This document shows, piece by piece, positions 16,611 through 20,140 of a DNA stretch of 20,140 nt. Position 1 is the stretch's first letter; every line of letters begins with the position of its first letter. The position numbers and the translations under genes were made by a program. Below the pieces are notes generated by a model. It searched no databases. It saw only the letters and a list, made by a program, of their open reading frames with translations, and was not told the origin of the DNA. This DNA comes from Nanobdellota archaeon (GTDB taxonomy: Archaea; Nanobdellota; Nanobdellia; Woesearchaeales; JAHWHD01): assembly GCA_034722435.1 (NCBI GenBank), contig JAYENX010000006.1:1-20140 (forward strand). The letters are read 5' to 3'.

Positions 16611-17654
16611 ATGACTGATAAACAGACTGATAAACAGGTCGTATTAAGTGGGATGAGACCTACTGGAAAGCTACATGTTGGACATCTCGAAGGGGTGTTG
16701 AGAGAATGGGTTGATTTACAGAAAGAGCATGACTGTAATTTTTTTGTGGCTGATTATCATGCTATTACTACAAACACAAATACTAAAGATTTGAAACAGG
16801 ATACTTTTGATATGGTGAAAGATTGGATTGCTTTTGGAGTGGATCCTGAGAAAGCTAAAATATTTATTCAATCTATGGTGCCTGAACATACTGATTTGCA
16901 TACTATTTTTTCTATGCTTGTGAATCTTGGTAGACTAGAACGATTGCCTACTTTTAATGATTATATGCGAGAAATTATTAAGGTAGATGATAAAGATGTT
17001 AAACAGTTTAATGAGGCTAAACGAGCTAAAGTTAATTATGGTTTTCTGGGTTATCCCGTATTGCAAACTGCTGATATTTTGATTTATAAAACTAATATTG
17101 TTCCCATTGGCGAGGATCAGTTGCCGCATCTTGAACTTACGCGCGAGTTGGCGAAGAGGTTTAATCATCTTTATGGTGAAACTTTTCCTGTGCCAGAAGC
17201 TAAGTTGGGACATAAACCGCGAATTCTTGGAACTGATGGGAGAAAAATGTCGAAGAGTTACAATAATGTAATTTCGCCAATGGATGATCTTGATACTTTG
17301 TTTGCAAAAGTGCGCAGTATGGTGACAGATACTCAAAGAGGTTCTTTGAAAAATCCTGGGAATCCTTACAATTGTAGTGTGTTTGATTTACATGAAGTTT
17401 ATGATAAAGTTGGAAGTGAGAATATTTCTTCAAAATGTCGATCTGCCAATTTAGGTTGTGGTGATTGTAAAAAGATGTTGCCTGAGAAAATTTTTGAAGC
17501 TTATAAAACCTTTCGAGAGAAAAGAGTAGATATAACTGATAGTTATGTGGCAGAGGTTTTAAAGTCGGGATGTGAGAGGGCAAGAGTTATTGCTTCGGCC
17601 ACTATGAAGTTAGTGAAGCATCAAATGTTGATGGATTATCTGGGTGGTAAATGA
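16611..17654 (+). CDS. trpS: Tryptophan--tRNA ligase, bacterial type, with a putative [4Fe-4S] motif
   Basis: SGMRPTGKLHVGH (HIGH), ADYHA, YPVLQTADIL, VPIGEDQLPH, KMSKS, and C-x20-C-x6-C-x2-C (17373-17468). GGTGA at 16601-16605 supports ATG 16611. Confidence 0.95.
   Translation: MTDKQTDKQVVLSGMRPTGKLHVGHLEGVLREWVDLQKEHDCNFFVADYHAITTNTNTKDLKQDTFDMVKDWIAFGVDPEKAKIFIQSMVPEHTDLHTIFSMLVNLGRLERLPTFNDYMREIIKVDDKDVKQFNEAKRAKVNYGFLGYPVLQTADILIYKTNIVPIGEDQLPHLELTRELAKRFNHLYGETFPVPEAKLGHKPRILGTDGRKMSKSYNNVISPMDDLDTLFAKVRSMVTDTQRGSLKNPGNPYNCSVFDLHEVYDKVGSENISSKCRSANLGCGDCKKMLPEKIFEAYKTFREKRVDITDSYVAEVLKSGCERARVIASATMKLVKHQMLMDYLGGK
16614..16637 (+). repeat. Perfect 12-bp tandem duplication at the trpS 5' end
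   Basis: actgataaacag x2, encoding TDKQTDKQ. Confidence 0.9.
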
Positions 17655-19303
17655 TGGCTCAGATGAATGAAAGGAATAGTCAGTTTAAATTTCCTGAAAC
17701 TACAGATGGAATTCCTGAAGAAGGCATATCAGAAGAGAAAGTTTTGGAAGGGATAGATTTAGGGGGTCAGGATTGTTTGGCAAGATATGATAAGATCCTG
17801 ACAATGGCGAAGCCGGGAACTTCAGTTGATAAAATTTGTATAGCAGCAGAAAAAATTATGCAAGAGAAGTATAATACTAATGCGATAGATGGGGAGATGT
17901 TTAGAGGAACAAGAATTAAAGAACTTGAGGTTATTGCTATGACTGCTCAATTATTTGGTAAAGGCGGTAATAATCTTAAACAGTTAGGTTCGGGATTTCT
18001 TCTTAGTGGCGGGACAGAATCAATTAATCAAGCGCTTTGGATGTATAGGAATAAATTTTTTCATCATTATGGTCAAAATGGGGAGAATGATGTTCGAAAG
18101 ATTGGTGTTGGTAAGGCTTTACAAAATATGGCGCTTGCACGATTTGCTCAGACTCAAAAACTTGATGATATGCTTAAGTTACATAATCCTCGGATTTTAG
18201 TTCCTGTGAATATACATTTTAGTGAGAAGAAAGCTGCTGATTTGATGGGTTTAGGTGTAGATTCAATTGTTTATTATGATTTAGATAATAATTTTGATGC
18301 AGATCTTAGATCTGTTGAACGAGTTGTACAATCTGTTTATAATGCGGGTGATGATATTATAATGCATTATGCATGTGGTGGAGATGTTAATAGGGGTAAA
18401 GTGCATGATATAAGAAAAATTAATCAAGTTATAAGATCTTGTGCTGTTGAGCGTAATAATGAAATGAGGTTTTCTGAAAATCAGTTATGGGTTCCTCCTA
18501 CTGTTGTTGATTCTGCAGGTGCGTATATGTTTATAGGTCTTATGAAAGATTCTGAACAGTATAATGGTGGAATGCCTGAAGTATCTTTTAACATACCAGA
18601 TGTAGAAGCAATAATTGGTGATCCGCATAAACAACCAATGCCTTATAGTTGTGGTATGCTAATGTTAAAAACTTGGAAAGATGTAGTACATTCTGATTTG
18701 AGGGCGATTTGTAATACTAATTATTTGGATATGACTGATGCAAAAGTCCAAGATTCGTCTTCGATATTTGCAACTATACCTACTTCTAGAAGCGGTTCGA
18801 ATCCTATGGCGATTTGGGCATATTATATGTATTATGGATTGAAGGGTATGAGAGCTAAGAAAGAGAAAATTTGGAGTTTGGTTCAGGATTTTAAAGAATA
18901 TATTAATGATTCTAAGTATTATGAACTTGTGTGTGAACCCGAAACTCAGGTTGTTGGTTTTTATTTCAAAGGGCCTGGATTGAATGAACGGGTTCCAAAG
19001 GGGGTAAGTACGGGTAGAAATGGGCAGAATAATGTTAACATATATAGAGACATAAAACATTCGAGTGAACATTTTCATCATATTTCTCAGGATGAGAGTA
19101 TGCTAATTCGAACTTTGGAACAGCAGAATGAAGTAGATTCCTCTAATAATGGTGACAAGCTTAAGTACGCTGGTCTTTTTGTGACGGTGATGGAGCATAA
19201 TACTAAAGAAGGTGTTGATGATCTTAAAAAAGTGCTTGAGCAAGAGGGTAAGAAACATTATGAGATTGCAAAACGGGAGATTCCTAATCTTGTAAAATGG
19301 TAA
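17651..19303 (+). CDS. Group II PLP-dependent amino-acid decarboxylase (MfnA/S1P-lyase-like), divergent
   Basis: N-terminus FPE..G..EE.VL and F.GT...E.EVI.M, SGGTESI, HFS, VDSA, the PLP lysine motif GDPHK (18617-18631), TNYL and TSRSG. ATGA overlap with the trpS stop. Confidence 0.88.
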   Translation: MMAQMNERNSQFKFPETTDGIPEEGISEEKVLEGIDLGGQDCLARYDKILTMAKPGTSVDKICIAAEKIMQEKYNTNAIDGEMFRGTRIKELEVIAMTAQLFGKGGNNLKQLGSGFLLSGGTESINQALWMYRNKFFHHYGQNGENDVRKIGVGKALQNMALARFAQTQKLDDMLKLHNPRILVPVNIHFSEKKAADLMGLGVDSIVYYDLDNNFDADLRSVERVVQSVYNAGDDIIMHYACGGDVNRGKVHDIRKINQVIRSCAVERNNEMRFSENQLWVPPTVVDSAGAYMFIGLMKDSEQYNGGMPEVSFNIPDVEAIIGDPHKQPMPYSCGMLMLKTWKDVVHSDLRAICNTNYLDMTDAKVQDSSSIFATIPTSRSGSNPMAIWAYYMYYGLKGMRAKKEKIWSLVQDFKEYINDSKYYELVCEPETQVVGFYFKGPGLNERVPKGVSTGRNGQNNVNIYRDIKHSSEHFHHISQDESMLIRTLEQQNEVDSSNNGDKLKYAGLFVTVMEHNTKEGVDDLKKVLEQEGKKHYEIAKREIPNLVKW

Positions 19304-19875
19304 GGGCGAAAGCTTTTTTTGAAAAGTTTTTTCCTTTTCTTTCTTCTTTACCTTCTTTATCCGGGTTTACACTTTATGATTGTTGTTCTGGAGATGGTAA
19401 AGTTGGGGCGGAGTTTGACTCGCTTGGCCTTGAAAGAATAGTTTTTGTAGATGTTCATGAGGTGGGAAAATTTAAGACTATAACTTCTTCAATTCAAACA
19501 CCTTATGATCTAAATTGTAATGGTATTGAAAATCTTTCAATTAAGAAGCCTTCAATTCTTGTTGCAGTACATGCTTGTGGAAATTTAACTGATCTTATTA
19601 TTGAGGCCGCAGTTTCTTCAAAAAGTTATTTGGCAGTTATTCCTTGTTGTTATAATTCTAGAATGAAAAATTATACTTTGGGTGAACCGCCAGATAATCG
19701 TAAACTTTTATACGATTCTGAGAAAGATTATTATGATGCGTTTAGAGTGCAATTTTTGCGTGAACAAGGGTATTCGGTATTTTTGGAGAGAATTGATTCT
19801 AAGATAACGCCGATGAATAATGTGATTATAGGAATTCCTGGAAATTTTACGGGAAGTTCGAAGAAAGTTATATAA
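19297..19875 (+). CDS. SAM-dependent methyltransferase (Methyltransf_32-like; HACG/PCC motifs)
   Basis: LYDCCSGDG (motif I), FVD, VAVHACGNLTD and VIPCCY. ATGGTAA overlap with the decarboxylase stop. Confidence 0.85.
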   Translation: MVRAKAFFEKFFPFLSSLPSLSGFTLYDCCSGDGKVGAEFDSLGLERIVFVDVHEVGKFKTITSSIQTPYDLNCNGIENLSIKKPSILVAVHACGNLTDLIIEAAVSSKSYLAVIPCCYNSRMKNYTLGEPPDNRKLLYDSEKDYYDAFRVQFLREQGYSVFLERIDSKITPMNNVIIGIPGNFTGSSKKVI

Positions 19876-20048
19876 ATTGTCAACTTATTATATTTATCAT
19901 GAAAAAAATAATTAAGGGTGGTTGCCCCTGGCTGTTGTAAGTTTTCTTTTCTAATTAATTGTATTTGTGGATTTTGGTGGCGATTGTAATTTTCATTGAC
20001 TTAGTTTAGTTTCTATTTTCAAATCAATTTAGATGGAGGTAATAAAAA

Positions 20049-20140
20049 ATGGATAAATACGAGATAAAACATTATTTAAAAACTGAAGAAGGGATACAGG
20101 TTCCTGGTGATACTCTTGATCAAATAGTTGAGATGACTAT
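20049..20140 (+). CDS. 3'-truncated hypothetical protein
   Basis: GGAGGT at 20035-20040, then ATG 20049; the frame (MDKYEIKHYLKTEEGIQVPGDTLDQIVEMT...) is open to the window end. Confidence 0.6.
   Translation, partial: MDKYEIKHYLKTEEGIQVPGDTLDQIVEMT

Noticed and set aside
16611-17654. UGA-to-Trp recoding as an explanation for the unusual TrpRS
   Set aside because: All long genes are intact in the standard code, and ileS and trpS themselves end in TGA followed by a convergent or coupled gene.
18794-18804. GGTTCGAATCC, a tRNA T-arm-like sequence
   Set aside because: It lies inside the decarboxylase motif SRSGSNP, with no 5-bp T stem or other tRNA arms.
1387-19081. Many short ORFs antisense or out of frame within long genes (e.g. 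1387-1614, 2316-2690, 7313-7714, 10982-11311, 16935-17336, 18665-19081)
   Set aside because: They lie within motif-bearing genes, have shadow-like composition and show no motifs or start signals.
19899-19998. Possible degraded small membrane-protein gene (MKKIIK, then WLPLAVVSFLF*LIVFVDFGG in another frame)
   Set aside because: It needs both a frameshift and a stop read-through, and T-rich DNA yields hydrophobic translations by default.
1-20140. CRISPR array, transposase, integrase or rRNA
   Set aside because: No regularly spaced repeats, no DDE/Y1/tyrosine-recombinase motifs and no GC-rich rRNA-like stretch were seen.

Overview
AT-rich archaeal chromosome segment, most likely from a DPANN lineage such as Woesearchaeota. 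This is an inference from the Sm/LSm protein, archaeal-type IleRS, AbrB-PhoU regulator, HemK2-type methyltransferase, BRE-TATA promoters and GGTGA/GGAGG ribosome-binding sites. Gene order: truncated C-terminally anchored surface protein, helical hypothetical, ileS, alkaline-phosphatase-superfamily enzyme (-), divergent Sm protein, an unannotated ~125-nt highly base-paired element, winged-HTH protein, HemK methyltransferase-kinase fusion, orphan (-), MFS transporter (-), HAD hydrolase, Nudix hydrolase, degenerate HAD coupled to a ~1015-aa TPR + APH-like kinase, AbrB-PhoU regulator (-), then a coupled three-gene operon and a truncated ORF. No tRNA, rRNA, CRISPR array or transposase was found. 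The best candidate for a new system is the translationally coupled operon of a bacterial-type, probably Fe-S-binding TrpRS, a divergent group II PLP decarboxylase and a HACG/PCC-type methyltransferase (16611-19875). The next best are the Sm gene plus downstream structured RNA (5794-6142) and the HAD / TPR-kinase pair (11451-15468). All family calls come from motif recognition by eye; no database searches were run.
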